A stretch of DNA of 64,000 nucleotides, taken from NCBI GenBank assembly GCA_963848135.1, contig CAWKCK010000018.1, positions 758,938 through 822,937 of the forward strand. The letters are read 5' to 3'. Shown here piece after piece: positions 9,572-19,960 of the stretch. The stretch comes from an uncultured delta proteobacterium. Lineage in GTDB: Bacteria; Desulfobacterota; Desulfobacteria; Desulfobacterales; SG8-13. Both the position numbers and the translations under genes were made by a program. Every line of letters starts with the position of its first letter. Positions within the stretch are counted from its first letter, which is position 1. The notes under the pieces are model-generated. The model did not search any database, had not been told where the DNA came from, and saw only the letters and a program-made list of their open reading frames with translations.

Positions 9572-11518
9572 ATGAAAGCTTCGCTTGTAAAATCAAAGGT
9601 CATCGGCAGCTGCGCGATCCTGTTGCTGATTGTCTTTACTGGAGTGATGGCGGCGCATGCGGCCGAGCAAACCAGCAAAGACTTTCCGCAGGATCGCTTT
9701 GTCACGATCGATTTCAACAACGTCGATATCAATGTTTTTATCAAGTTCATCAGTGAGCTGACCGGTAAAAACTTCGTTGTCGACCAACGCGTCAGGGGCA
9801 ACGTAACCATCATATCGCCCACTAAAATATCGATTGCTGAAGCGTACAAGGTGTTTGAGTCGGTGCTCGATGTCCACGGCTTCAACACGGTTCAGGCGGG
9901 CAAGGTCATCAAAATACTACCCTCGCCGGAGGCCCGTACCAGCGATATCGAAACACGCACCGGCACCCGGCCGGCAGCACCGACAGACCGCCTTGTCACC
10001 CAGCTGATTCCCCTGACCTACGCCGATCCCAACGATATCAAACGACTGTTCACGCCCATGGTGTCAAAGACCAGCCTGATTGTGGCCTATGATCCGACAA
10101 ATACCCTGATCGTCACGGACGTTCTGTCCAACATCCAGCGTCTATTGAAAATTCTCAAAGAAATCGACATCGCCGGTGCTGGCCGGGAAATTTCGGTCAT
10201 TCCCCTCGAAAATGCCGACAGCGGCAAGATGGTCACCACCCTGGCGTCCATATTCCAGACGGCGAAAGGGGCGAAAAAAGGAAGCACCCGGGAAGCCAGC
10301 AAATTTGTCGCCGACGAGCGCACCAATTCCCTTGTCGTGCTGGCCAGTGAAGTGGAGACCGTCAGAATCCGGCAGCTGATTGATTACCTGGATCGTGAAA
10401 CCCCCCGGGGAAAAGAAAAAATCCGGGTTTACTATCTCGAATATGCCAACGCCGAAGACATCGTCAGTGTTCTGCAGAACCTGCCGACCAAAGAGACCGC
10501 AGCCCCGGGCAAAGGCAAAGCCACCGCACCGGTAGTCTCGGAAAAGGTCAATATCAGCGCCGACAAGCCCACCAACAGCCTGGTGATCACTGCCAGCAGC
10601 GACGATTACGCGGTCATAGAGGAGGTCATCAAAAAACTCGATATCCCGCGGCCCATGGTCTACATCGAAGCGGTGATCATGGAAGTCAATGCCCAAATCG
10701 ATTTTTCACTCGGAACCGAGTGGACGGCAGCCGGATCGACCACCATCGGCGACAAACCCGCCGCCATCGGGAGCGCCTTCGTTTCTTCGACATCGAATAT
10801 CCCCGCTCTGGTCAATGGAATACCGCCCCAGGGCTTCTCTTTTGGTGTTTTCACCGAGGCCATCGATATCGCCGGAATTAAATTCAACAACCTGACGGCC
10901 CTGGTGCAGGCCTTCAAGACTGACCGGGATATCAACATTCTGCAGACACCCCAAATTTTGACCTATGAGAACGAGGAAGCCAAAATAAACGTCAGCACGA
11001 ACATCCCTTATCAAACCCAGAGTTCCACCACGAACAACCAGTCATTCAACTCATTCGAATACCGGGATGTCGGCACCATCCTGACGATAACACCGCACAT
11101 CAGTATCGAACGGATGGTACGACTCAATATAGGCCTTGAGGTCAGTGCCCTGGAGTCCACCACCGACTTCCGCCCGACGACCCTGAAACGAACCATCAAC
11201 ACGACGGTCGTGGTGGGGGACAAAAACACGATCGTGATCGGGGGATTGATCGAGGACAGCGGTGCCGTGGTGGAAGAAAAAGTCCCCTTGTTGGGTGACA
11301 TCCCGATACTCGGGTGGCTGTTCAAGGTCCAGAAAAGCTCATCGAGAAAAAACAACCTGTTCTTTTTTCTGACCCCTCATGTTGTCAACAGCCCGGAAGA
11401 AGCCAGCGAGCTGTACGGCGGAAAGCGGAACCGGATCGAAGGCCTCCGGGGCGGTCGGATCAAAATGTATGATGATACAAAGCCATCGCTGCCGGAGGCA
11501 ATAGATGACTCACCCTAA
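9572..11518 (+). CDS. gspD: Secretin GspD
   Basis: Signal peptide, VTIDFNNVDI N0 domain, ADERTNSL repeats, KVPLLGDIPILGWLF secretin motif; ATG 9572 preferred. Confidence 0.95.
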   Translation: MKASLVKSKVIGSCAILLLIVFTGVMAAHAAEQTSKDFPQDRFVTIDFNNVDINVFIKFISELTGKNFVVDQRVRGNVTIISPTKISIAEAYKVFESVLDVHGFNTVQAGKVIKILPSPEARTSDIETRTGTRPAAPTDRLVTQLIPLTYADPNDIKRLFTPMVSKTSLIVAYDPTNTLIVTDVLSNIQRLLKILKEIDIAGAGREISVIPLENADSGKMVTTLASIFQTAKGAKKGSTREASKFVADERTNSLVVLASEVETVRIRQLIDYLDRETPRGKEKIRVYYLEYANAEDIVSVLQNLPTKETAAPGKGKATAPVVSEKVNISADKPTNSLVITASSDDYAVIEEVIKKLDIPRPMVYIEAVIMEVNAQIDFSLGTEWTAAGSTTIGDKPAAIGSAFVSSTSNIPALVNGIPPQGFSFGVFTEAIDIAGIKFNNLTALVQAFKTDRDINILQTPQILTYENEEAKINVSTNIPYQTQSSTTNNQSFNSFEYRDVGTILTITPHISIERMVRLNIGLEVSALESTTDFRPTTLKRTINTTVVVGDKNTIVIGGLIEDSGAVVEEKVPLLGDIPILGWLFKVQKSSSRKNNLFFFLTPHVVNSPEEASELYGGKRNRIEGLRGGRIKMYDDTKPSLPEAIDDSP

Positions 11519-11659
11519 CCTGCGGGCAATGGCGACTCGTTATAGGGGTTTTCAAAAAACCGCGCCGTTATTTGAAGGTTTTGCCTGCAACCACTGATAC
11601 CAGCCTTCAGTATTTCGGAATTTTTTTTTGAATAACGGTAAAAATTACCAGGCTAACCG

Positions 11660-13423
11660 ATGGAAAGCAGACTGTATCATATTCTCGAGAAGAGTTTCGG
11701 GGTTTCGGAGAGCCGTTTCGCCGAAGCGCTCAGTATAAAAACCGACAAGGGCGGCCTCCTCGGCGACATCCTCGTCAGCAAGAACGTCGTTTCGGAAAGA
11801 CAGCTGCTCGAAGCGCTGAGTTTTCTTTACGACCTGCCGGTCTGGTTCGATCTGCCGCTGGACAACATCGATTTTGCATTTACCCGTCACATCCCGATCC
11901 AGTTCCTGAAAAAGTACCTCATGGTCCCACTGGTTATCAACGTTCAGGTCCCGACAGGCGATTCGACCGGCTCAATACCCGGTGAGCAGGAATCCGAAGA
12001 GGCGTTGACACCGCACTCTAAATACGTCATCGCCATGAACAACCCGTCCAGTTTTCAACCCTTGGACGACCTGGTCCGGTCCCTCGAACTGAAAGAATAC
12101 GATGTGGTGCTCTCCACCAAAGACGCTATTATGTCGGCCATCAACATCTCGTACGATCTCAGCCAGAGCACGGCCGAGGAGCTGGTTCAGGATATGGAGG
12201 AAGACGGGAGCAACATTATCAGTGAGCTGGAAGATACGGCCGATCTTCTGGACGACACCAGCGATGCACCGATCATAAAACTGGTGAATCACATACTGTC
12301 CCAATCGATAAAAGCCAGAGCCAGTGACATCCACATCGAACCCTACCAGGACAGCTTCAAAGTCCGCTACCGCATCGATGGTATTCTCTACGATTTGCTG
12401 GCCCCACCGAAATGGATCCAGCCGGCTTTGATCTCGCGCATCAAAGTCATGGCCAAGTTAAATATCGCCGAAAAACGCCTGCCGCAGGACGGCCGGTTGG
12501 ACATTCGGATCGGTGCCCAGGACATCGATGTGCGGGTGTCGACCATCCCGACCTCTTTTGGCGAGCGGGTAGTGCTGCGGCTCCTGAACAAAACCAGTGC
12601 CGTCTTCAATCTTTCCGAACTCGGACTCTCCCCCCAGCGGTTAGACATTCTCAAGGGCCTGGTCCAGAGTCCCAACGGAATCGTCCTGGTCACCGGCCCG
12701 ACCGGCAGCGGAAAGACCACCACCCTCTATGCGGTTCTGACAACCATCAATAAGCCGGACATTAACATCATCACGGTCGAAGATCCGGTCGAATACCAGA
12801 TCAAGGGGATCAGCCAGATCCAGGTCAACCCCAAGATCGATTTGACTTTCGCCCGGGGGCTTCGCTCCATCGTGCGCCAGGACCCCGATGTCATTCTCAT
12901 CGGCGAAATCCGGGACAAAGAAACCGCAGACATCGCCGTACAATCGGCCCTTACCGGCCACCTGGTCTTTTCAACCCTCCACACCAACGATTCGGCCAGT
13001 GCCATCACCCGCCTGGTGGACATCGGGGTTGAACCTTTCCTGATCTCTTCCTCGATGATTGCCGTCATCGCCCAGCGGTTGATCCGGACCCTCTGCAACG
13101 ACTGCAAGGAAGCTTACCGCCCCGATGATCTGGCGTTAAAGAACATCGGGCTGGATTCGCGCAGCCTCGACGGACGCAACATCTACCGGGCCAAAGGCTG
13201 TGATAGCTGCTTCCACACCGGTTTCAGGGGCCGCTCAGCCATATTTGAAATCATGGTGATGAACGATGAATTAAAGTCGATGATTTTGAAGACCTTCGAT
13301 TCAAACCGCATCAAGAAAAAGGCCCAGGAGTTAAAAATGCTGTCGCTGCGCCAGGACGGTATCCAAAAACTTCTGAATGGCATGACGACTATCGAAGAAA
13401 TTTTCCGGGTCACCCAGTTATGA
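11660..13423 (+). CDS. gspE: Secretion ATPase GspE
   Basis: ASDIHIEP, RLPQDGR, Walker A GPTGSGKT, RQDPDVILIGEIRD, TGHLVFSTLH, Cys4 Zn motif. Confidence 0.96.
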   Translation: MESRLYHILEKSFGVSESRFAEALSIKTDKGGLLGDILVSKNVVSERQLLEALSFLYDLPVWFDLPLDNIDFAFTRHIPIQFLKKYLMVPLVINVQVPTGDSTGSIPGEQESEEALTPHSKYVIAMNNPSSFQPLDDLVRSLELKEYDVVLSTKDAIMSAINISYDLSQSTAEELVQDMEEDGSNIISELEDTADLLDDTSDAPIIKLVNHILSQSIKARASDIHIEPYQDSFKVRYRIDGILYDLLAPPKWIQPALISRIKVMAKLNIAEKRLPQDGRLDIRIGAQDIDVRVSTIPTSFGERVVLRLLNKTSAVFNLSELGLSPQRLDILKGLVQSPNGIVLVTGPTGSGKTTTLYAVLTTINKPDINIITVEDPVEYQIKGISQIQVNPKIDLTFARGLRSIVRQDPDVILIGEIRDKETADIAVQSALTGHLVFSTLHTNDSASAITRLVDIGVEPFLISSSMIAVIAQRLIRTLCNDCKEAYRPDDLALKNIGLDSRSLDGRNIYRAKGCDSCFHTGFRGRSAIFEIMVMNDELKSMILKTFDSNRIKKKAQELKMLSLRQDGIQKLLNGMTTIEEIFRVTQL

Positions 13424-13472
13424 TCCCCCGCCCCGCTTCCTCAGCGAAGAGAATGTCCACGAACGTTAGATT

Positions 13473-13588
13473 AGTTGTAAGCATTCACAGGGCACCGCAT
13501 CTGCTTTGTTGTCGGGCACTTGAAGTACAATAGTACGTCTGCGCGCCTGACGCCTTGCATCCGCGGCACCCTGTAAACGCCTACAACT
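13473..13588. repeat. ~115-bp imperfect palindromic element (MITE/REP-like) downstream of gspE
   Basis: Arms agttgtaagcattcacagggcaccgc and gcggcaccctgtaaacgcctacaact are 21/26 reverse-complementary. Confidence 0.55.
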
Positions 13589-13670
13589 CTGTGGTCTTAA
13601 GCACATTGGCCGTTGCAACCCTGTGAAACGATACGATTAGTGTCCATCCGTAGAAGAGAAGCAATCCGTA

Positions 13671-13790
13671 AATTTTGGAATGTGGAATGCGGATTTTAGA
13701 TTTAAGGAATTCTGCCTATTTTATTAAAAGAGAAGGACGAAGCGCGATACCGCCAATCCAAATTCCAAAGTCTAAATTCCAAAATTAAAT
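13671..13790. repeat. Inverted heptamer tandem repeats (TGGAATG-like / ATTCCAA-like)
   Basis: aattttggaatgtggaatgcggattttagattt ... aatccaaattccaaagtctaaattccaaaatt. Confidence 0.5.
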
Positions 13791-13796
13791 CGGCCC

Positions 13797-14639
13797 TCAT
13801 TCCTGCAGCAAATACTTGTGTGTCAGATGGGTATAGTGAGCGGCTTCTTCCACGCGACCGCGTTTGAGACAACCGCTGGCGTAGATGGCGCATTTTTTTC
13901 GGAGAGTGAGCGCTGCGGCATCTCGCTGGGACGTCGTCAGCCGGCCGGATTCGATCACCTTCACCAATGACCGGATCCGGTACTTGTCCAGCGCGTCTTG
14001 CCGGGACAGCTGGTCCCGATGCCCGCCCCGTTTGACAGTCAGGTGCTTGTCGATCAGATGGATCGGAATACGGCAACTGACCCGCAACCACAGATCGTAG
14101 TCTTCACAGGCCGGCAACTCTTCATCGAACAGACCCACTTCCCCGAACAATTCCCGCCGAACCATGACGGCCGAGGGACTAACCAGGCATAGCGCCAGCG
14201 AGCTTTCGAAGATAAGCCCCGAGGGTTTCCGGTGCCTTTTCCGGGGATTGACCCGCATACCGTTACGGATCCATATCTCTTCCGTTTGGCAGATGAGCGC
14301 CGACCGGTCATCCTCGAAAAAAGCGACCTGCACAGCCAGCTTTTCGGGCAACCAAATGTCGTCGGAGTCCAGAAATGCAACCAGCCGGCCGGTCGATACG
14401 CCGATGCCGCTATTCCTGGCAGCACTCACCCCGCGATTGGCCTGATGAATCCGGCGCAACCGATCACCGTATGCCTCCAGGATGTCATGCGTGCGATCGG
14501 TGGACCCATCGTCCACCACAATCAACTCGAAGTCGGTATAGGTTTGTGCGAGTACCGAATCGATCGCATCCCTTAAACTCCAGTCCCGATTGAAGGTTGG
14601 TATGATAACGCTGACGGTGGGAAAATGGGGGCTTCTCAT
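13797..14639 (-). CDS. Glycosyltransferase family 2
   Basis: VSVIIPTFNR, VVDDGSTD, NRGVSAARN, FLDSDD, EDYDLWLR motifs. Confidence 0.92.
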   Translation of the reverse strand: MRSPHFPTVSVIIPTFNRDWSLRDAIDSVLAQTYTDFELIVVDDGSTDRTHDILEAYGDRLRRIHQANRGVSAARNSGIGVSTGRLVAFLDSDDIWLPEKLAVQVAFFEDDRSALICQTEEIWIRNGMRVNPRKRHRKPSGLIFESSLALCLVSPSAVMVRRELFGEVGLFDEELPACEDYDLWLRVSCRIPIHLIDKHLTVKRGGHRDQLSRQDALDKYRIRSLVKVIESGRLTTSQRDAAALTLRKKCAIYASGCLKRGRVEEAAHYTHLTHKYLLQE

Positions 14640-14657
14640 TTTTTAAGGAGGATAATT

Positions 14658-15095
14658 TTATATCGGAGCCAGTATGCTTCGTCTTAATCTTTTAGATTTG
14701 GAGACATTTTCCAGAATGCGCGAATGATAAAAATGCTGCATTTGCTTAATCTTAAATTTATTCAGAATCGTCAGGTTTACGAAGCAAACCCCACAGCGTC
14801 TCGTTATTTTCCCTTTATATGTCTGCCCTTCCGACAATATCCGGATATCATATCTTTTGTTGCAGTAAATCCCTGAAAGCTGAAACCCCCTGCAGTCTAT
14901 GGTCAGCCTATCGATTGTATTTTCCTCGAATGTATCGCCACTAGTAGGTCTGTAAGTAAAGGAAAGCCCGCCGAGACTGATATCTTTAATCTCACCGATC
15001 ACATTTGAGCCGCCGACGAAAACTTTGTAATCAACCGCCCGGAATCTGCTTCGGGCTGATTTTCTTTTTTCGGTATATACCGGCTCGTCAATCAT
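14658..15095 (-). CDS. PilZ-domain (c-di-GMP receptor) protein
   Basis: RxxxR (KRKSAR) and DxSxxG (DISLGG) motifs; RRCGVCF C-terminal strand. Confidence 0.75.
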   Translation of the reverse strand: MIDEPVYTEKRKSARSRFRAVDYKVFVGGSNVIGEIKDISLGGLSFTYRPTSGDTFEENTIDRLTIDCRGFQLSGIYCNKRYDIRILSEGQTYKGKITRRCGVCFVNLTILNKFKIKQMQHFYHSRILENVSKSKRLRRSILAPI

Positions 15096-15434
15096 GTCGC
15101 TGCTTCAGTTTTAATGTGGTGTCGCTGCTGAAGATCGTATAAATAAAGATATCAAATTCTCATTGAGCATTAGTGAATGTGGGAAATTTATGGCACCGTA
15201 AAGAATATTCGAAATAAGCAGAATAATAGAAAGATGAATGCCTAAAGGTACGGCAGCACAGATTCAAGCATGAAAGCAATTGATTCAACAGTAAAATTTT
15301 ATAGATAAAAAAATGAAAAGTCAAAAGATAAATGCCACTTTGTGATATTCACGATCGCCGGCATCCCGCACCTGCATTTATACCGGATCGCCGAGAGAGT
15401 GTCCGCCTATAAATGGGCCCTTTGCAATGCCTTA

Positions 15435-15464
15435 AACCCGAATATTTCATGAAATGTCCGGGTT
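15435..15464. terminator. 30-bp near-palindrome downstream of hrpA (possible terminator or repeat terminus)
   Basis: aacccgaatatttcatgaaatgtccgggtt; no clear U-tract. Confidence 0.3.
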
Positions 15465-15525
15465 AACGACTCGCGGATGGGCAATAGATAAAATCTGCGT
15501 TTGTATGATCGTGTTTTTGTATCTG

Positions 15526-18500
15526 TCATAGCAGCCTTTCGATTTCATCCATCGCTTCCTGCAACCGCATTTCAGATACCGGAACGGCGGTCTTTAGCTC
15601 CTGAGCGAAAAGCGAGACCTTGTATTCTTCGAACAACCAGTAAAATGCTTCAAGCGCATCCCTCTTCTCCGGGGATGCAGAAGGAGACAGTGTTTTTAAG
15701 AGTCGACTCAGGCCGGAAGAAAATCGTTTCAGTTCCGCAGCTTTCAGCTGCTCTTTTTCGAAATTGACCGATGCCCGCCGGGCACGGATCTCGACGGCTT
15801 TTATATAGCGTGGCAGGTGGCCGAGCCGCTCGAGATCGTAGATCTCCATGAAGTTCTCCGGAACCAAACGAGCCAGTTCGTCCTGACGCTGCCGGCAGAA
15901 ATCGACCAGAAGCCTGTGGGTCCGATGGCCCCTATCCAGATGATGGATTACGGTTCGGGCGGCATGGAAAGCATCGATCACCGGCAATACCTTCTCGGAG
16001 AGTTCTCGACCGCAAGGGATGATCCGGGCGGCCAGCGCCGTAGCTTCGGCGTGGAAGTCCGCTTCGATTCGGATGTCGCGCCGGAAAAGCCGCACGACCA
16101 CGGCGTCATAGATCCTTTTTTCAAGGACCCGGATACCGCCGAAATATCGCGCCGCCGGTGACCGATCGGGCCGCAACGCCAGGCTCTTCTTCATAAACTT
16201 AAGGTCTTTTGAAAACAGAATCCGGTAGAGCGCCGCCACCCCTTCGGCATGCGAAGCAGCAGCGGTATCTGCGTTGCGGAACAGTTTCAAATCTATGCGT
16301 TTTCCCGAGCCGTCGTCAACCACCGCAAGCCCCGGGAAAACTGCCCAGTGATCGCCATCCTGAACCTCCAGGTCAATACTGACCGGCAGATCGCCAAAAT
16401 CCCATTGCGAAACGCCGGTCTTTTCCCAACGGCGACGCGCGGCCTCCCAGCCATCGGGTGTCAGATCGTTTTGCGGGAGTTGCCTCAGGATCTGCGGGTC
16501 GCGGCTGCTCTTAATGATCTCACCCCGGGGATCCGTAATGGCAATCCTCATGTTGAGATGGTCCGCCAACCCATCGGCTGGCCAGGCCGCGGCCGGAATG
16601 TCGACTCCAAAACGGTGATAAATGAATTTTCCCAGTGAGCTGACCAACGCGCCGCTATCCCTCGGCATCTCTTTGAGCACGATTCCCGCGGTTTGGCCAA
16701 CGGGAACCAGCTGTTTGCGGTAGCGTTTGGGCAACCCTTTCAGCAGTGCTTCTATTTTGTCACCCAGAAGTCCGGGAACCAGCCAGTCGGTGGCACCGAC
16801 CGGCACAGTCGGTGCCACAACCAACGGAATGCTTACGGTGAGGCCGTCTTTCGGTTGGCCCGGATCGAAATTGTAGTTGCACGTAAATTGTCCGCCACCG
16901 AGTTGGACGCTATTTGGATAACCTGTCAGGAGGTCGCCATTTGGTTGGTAGTTCATCAGGTCATCCGCTTTCATACGTAAAAAACCATCACCGCCTCTTT
17001 TTCGAATCATGCGGTCCAACTGTCTCAAATCATAAACGCCGGCCAGGCGCTGTTTATAAAACCGCACCTGCTCTTCATCATCCACCAGAATGTCGCGTCG
17101 CCGAATACGGTTTTCCATATCCCTGATCTTCCGCACCCGTTGACGGTTATACTGCAGGAACTCGAGCGGGCGCTCCACCTCCCCGTTCACCAGCGCCGAG
17201 CGGACAAATACATCCGTGGCGGTATCGGGATCAATGCGCCCGAAAGAAACGGTCCGTCCGGGAACAATTACCAGACCGAAGAGGCTGACCTGCTGCGTGG
17301 CAACCACCTGCCCCCGGCGGGAGTCCCAACGCGGGTTCAAATAGGTGGAACGACACAAGGCGCCGCCGAGTTCTTCCAGCCAACCCGGATCTATATTGGC
17401 TGCTACACGCGCAAACAATCGTGAAGTCTCCACCATCTCGGCCGCCACGATCCATTCACCCGCCCGGTTAAATATCGCCGAGCCAGGGAATACCATGACC
17501 TCACGGCCTTTGGTGGCCCGAAAAATATTCTTCTCCTTCCGAACGGCGATTTGAGCCAGAAATCCGCTCAGTATCGATCTGTGGATTGCGGCATAACGGT
17601 CATCGTCGTTCTCGGGAAGCCTCCCGTTATTTTTCAAGCCACATTCGACCAGGATGTCACCAAGCTGAACGCAAATGTCGCGCCATTCCCGCATGCGGCG
17701 AAAAGAGAGAAAATGCGCCCGGCAGAATTTTTTCATCTGATTGGTCGTCTTCACCAGCTGCCAGGTTTCTTGATAGCGGTTCCAGATATTGAGCAGCGTC
17801 AGGAAATCCGATCGTGGTTCCACAAATGATGCCTGGGCCCGGTCGACGTCATCGGCGCAATCTGCCGGTCTCTCCCTGGGATCCTGTATGCTCAGGGCGG
17901 CCGCAATCACGGTGAGTTCATCCAGGCAGTCCAGCTTCCGCGCTTCGATCAGCATCCGCGCCAGCAGTGGGTCGACAGGCATGCGGGCCATCATGCTCCC
18001 CCGTCTGGTCAGCACGAAGGCAGGGCCCTGATGGCGGGATGAAACCGCTTTCGTGCCCGCAGCGCGCGCTGTTACCGATGCGTTCGATTCGGCACTCGGA
18101 TTTTTTAACGATTTGCTCTGCTTATCACCGCGGGTCGGTCTTCTTTTTTCAATCGCACCAAGTTCATACAGCACTTCGGTCCCATCGGTGATGTTCTTGG
18201 GTGACGGTTTGTCGATAAAAGGAAACACCGACAGGTCACCCAGCCGCAATGCGGCCATTCGCAGGATGACTTCCGCCAGGTTCGAACGCAAGATTTCCGG
18301 TGGGGTGTAAAGAGGCCGCGACTGGTAATCCTCCTCGGTGTAAAGGCGGATGCAGACGCCGTTTTCCACCCGTCCGCAACGGCCCTTGCGCTGATCCGCG
18401 CTGCTGCGCGACACCGGCACAACCGGCAGGGCTTTGGTGCGTGAGCGTGGATTGTATTGAGATATACGGGCCAGGCCCGTATCCACCACGTAACGAATTC

Positions 18501-19599
18501 CCGGAATCGTTAATGACGTTTCGGCGACATTCGTGGCGACGATAATCTTTCTGCCCACCGTCCGGGCGAAGACACGCGCCTGCTCGGTCGCAGATAAACG
18601 CGCAAATAGAGGCATCACCTGGCTGCCGGGATCCTCGTCGCCGTCGAGTATGTCACACGTGTCGCGAATGTCCTGTTCGGTCGGCATGAATACCAGAATA
18701 TCGCCGGAAGGGCCGGTCGTCTTCAGTTTACGGACAGCAGCCACGGCCATGTCCACGTGGGTTGCCTCGTCGTCACTTCCATCCGTCAAACCGCACCAAG
18801 CCGGATCGTCCCCATAGTAGATCACCTTGACCGGGTACATGCGGCCGGACACCTCGATGACCGGCGCATCGTCGAAGGCTTTGGAGAACTTCGCCGTATC
18901 GATTGTCGCCGAGGTGATGATCAGTTTGAGATCCCTGCGCCTCCTTAAAATCATTTTCAGTAACCCCAGGATGAAGTCGATGTTCAAACTCCGCTCATGG
19001 GCCTCGTCGACGATGATGGTGTCGTATTCGCTCAAGGAGCGGTCCCGCTGGACCTCGGTCAGCATAATCCCGTCGGTCATGATCTTGATCAGGGCGTCAG
19101 GTACCGTTCGATCCTGGAAGCGTATTTTGTAACCGACCGATCGTCCGAGGGATTCTCCCATTTCTTCGGCGATCCGCCGTGCAACAGATGTCGCCGCGAT
19201 CCGGCGGGGCTGGGTGCAACCGATCCGACCGTCGATACCCCGGCCTGCGGCCAGGCAGAACTTCGGGATCTGAGTTGTTTTCCCGGACCCGGTTTCACCG
19301 GAAATGATCACGACCTGATGCTTTCGAATGGCGGTGATGATGTCGTCTTTTCGGGCAGATATGGGCAGGGACGGCGCAAACGTAAGGCGGGGGCGTACGG
19401 CGGCTCTTTTTTGCCTGCGGACAGCAGAATCGGTTAACTGCTTCGCAAGCCTGTCGAGTTGCTGTTTGATATTTTCCGGTGGATGACCGCCGGAAACGCG
19501 TTGCTTCAACCGGCCCAGCTGACGGCGAACCGCAAAACGATCAGCGATCAGGGCCTCATCCAGTAGCGCCTGAATTTTTTTGAAATCCTTATAAGGCAT
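15526..19599 (-). CDS. hrpA: ATP-dependent RNA helicase HrpA
   Basis: GETGSGKT, TQPRRIAA, DEAH, SAT, TNVAETSLT, QRKGRCGR; C-terminal EEYKVSLFAQEL. Confidence 0.96.
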   Translation of the reverse strand: MPYKDFKKIQALLDEALIADRFAVRRQLGRLKQRVSGGHPPENIKQQLDRLAKQLTDSAVRRQKRAAVRPRLTFAPSLPISARKDDIITAIRKHQVVIISGETGSGKTTQIPKFCLAAGRGIDGRIGCTQPRRIAATSVARRIAEEMGESLGRSVGYKIRFQDRTVPDALIKIMTDGIMLTEVQRDRSLSEYDTIIVDEAHERSLNIDFILGLLKMILRRRRDLKLIITSATIDTAKFSKAFDDAPVIEVSGRMYPVKVIYYGDDPAWCGLTDGSDDEATHVDMAVAAVRKLKTTGPSGDILVFMPTEQDIRDTCDILDGDEDPGSQVMPLFARLSATEQARVFARTVGRKIIVATNVAETSLTIPGIRYVVDTGLARISQYNPRSRTKALPVVPVSRSSADQRKGRCGRVENGVCIRLYTEEDYQSRPLYTPPEILRSNLAEVILRMAALRLGDLSVFPFIDKPSPKNITDGTEVLYELGAIEKRRPTRGDKQSKSLKNPSAESNASVTARAAGTKAVSSRHQGPAFVLTRRGSMMARMPVDPLLARMLIEARKLDCLDELTVIAAALSIQDPRERPADCADDVDRAQASFVEPRSDFLTLLNIWNRYQETWQLVKTTNQMKKFCRAHFLSFRRMREWRDICVQLGDILVECGLKNNGRLPENDDDRYAAIHRSILSGFLAQIAVRKEKNIFRATKGREVMVFPGSAIFNRAGEWIVAAEMVETSRLFARVAANIDPGWLEELGGALCRSTYLNPRWDSRRGQVVATQQVSLFGLVIVPGRTVSFGRIDPDTATDVFVRSALVNGEVERPLEFLQYNRQRVRKIRDMENRIRRRDILVDDEEQVRFYKQRLAGVYDLRQLDRMIRKRGGDGFLRMKADDLMNYQPNGDLLTGYPNSVQLGGGQFTCNYNFDPGQPKDGLTVSIPLVVAPTVPVGATDWLVPGLLGDKIEALLKGLPKRYRKQLVPVGQTAGIVLKEMPRDSGALVSSLGKFIYHRFGVDIPAAAWPADGLADHLNMRIAITDPRGEIIKSSRDPQILRQLPQNDLTPDGWEAARRRWEKTGVSQWDFGDLPVSIDLEVQDGDHWAVFPGLAVVDDGSGKRIDLKLFRNADTAAASHAEGVAALYRILFSKDLKFMKKSLALRPDRSPAARYFGGIRVLEKRIYDAVVVRLFRRDIRIEADFHAEATALAARIIPCGRELSEKVLPVIDAFHAARTVIHHLDRGHRTHRLLVDFCRQRQDELARLVPENFMEIYDLERLGHLPRYIKAVEIRARRASVNFEKEQLKAAELKRFSSGLSRLLKTLSPSASPEKRDALEAFYWLFEEYKVSLFAQELKTAVPVSEMRLQEAMDEIERLL

Positions 19600-19818
19600 T
19601 GACCATATCTATGATGATTTGTAACATCCCCAATCGGATGAATTCAGTTTTAAAATTCAATGACCGCCGCCAAAACCGGAGGAATGGCTTATAAAGTGCT
19701 TATAGCGGTCTTTTAAAACCGCCATTGCCGGCAATCATCCGGGCATTGAATGTTGCTATTTTAAAGGTATCGTATCAAATTGCCCGCTGCAGTCAATTCT
19801 TAGAGATGAAGACGTAAT

Positions 19819-19939
19819 AAGCTGAAAACTCAATGCTCAAAAGGTCAAAGCTCAAAGCTGAAAGCTGAAAGGAATATGGAAAGCTAATAAACCTTGCGTT
19901 TTGAGCTTTAAGCTAAACGTCTTGCTTTAAACTTTCACC
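19819..19939. repeat. Heptamer tandem repeat AAAGCTC/G with inverted copies
   Basis: aaaggtcaaagctcaaagctgaaagctgaaagg ... ttttgagctttaagct. Confidence 0.65.
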
Positions 19940-19960
19940 CCAATAAACAAGGAGCCTGCC

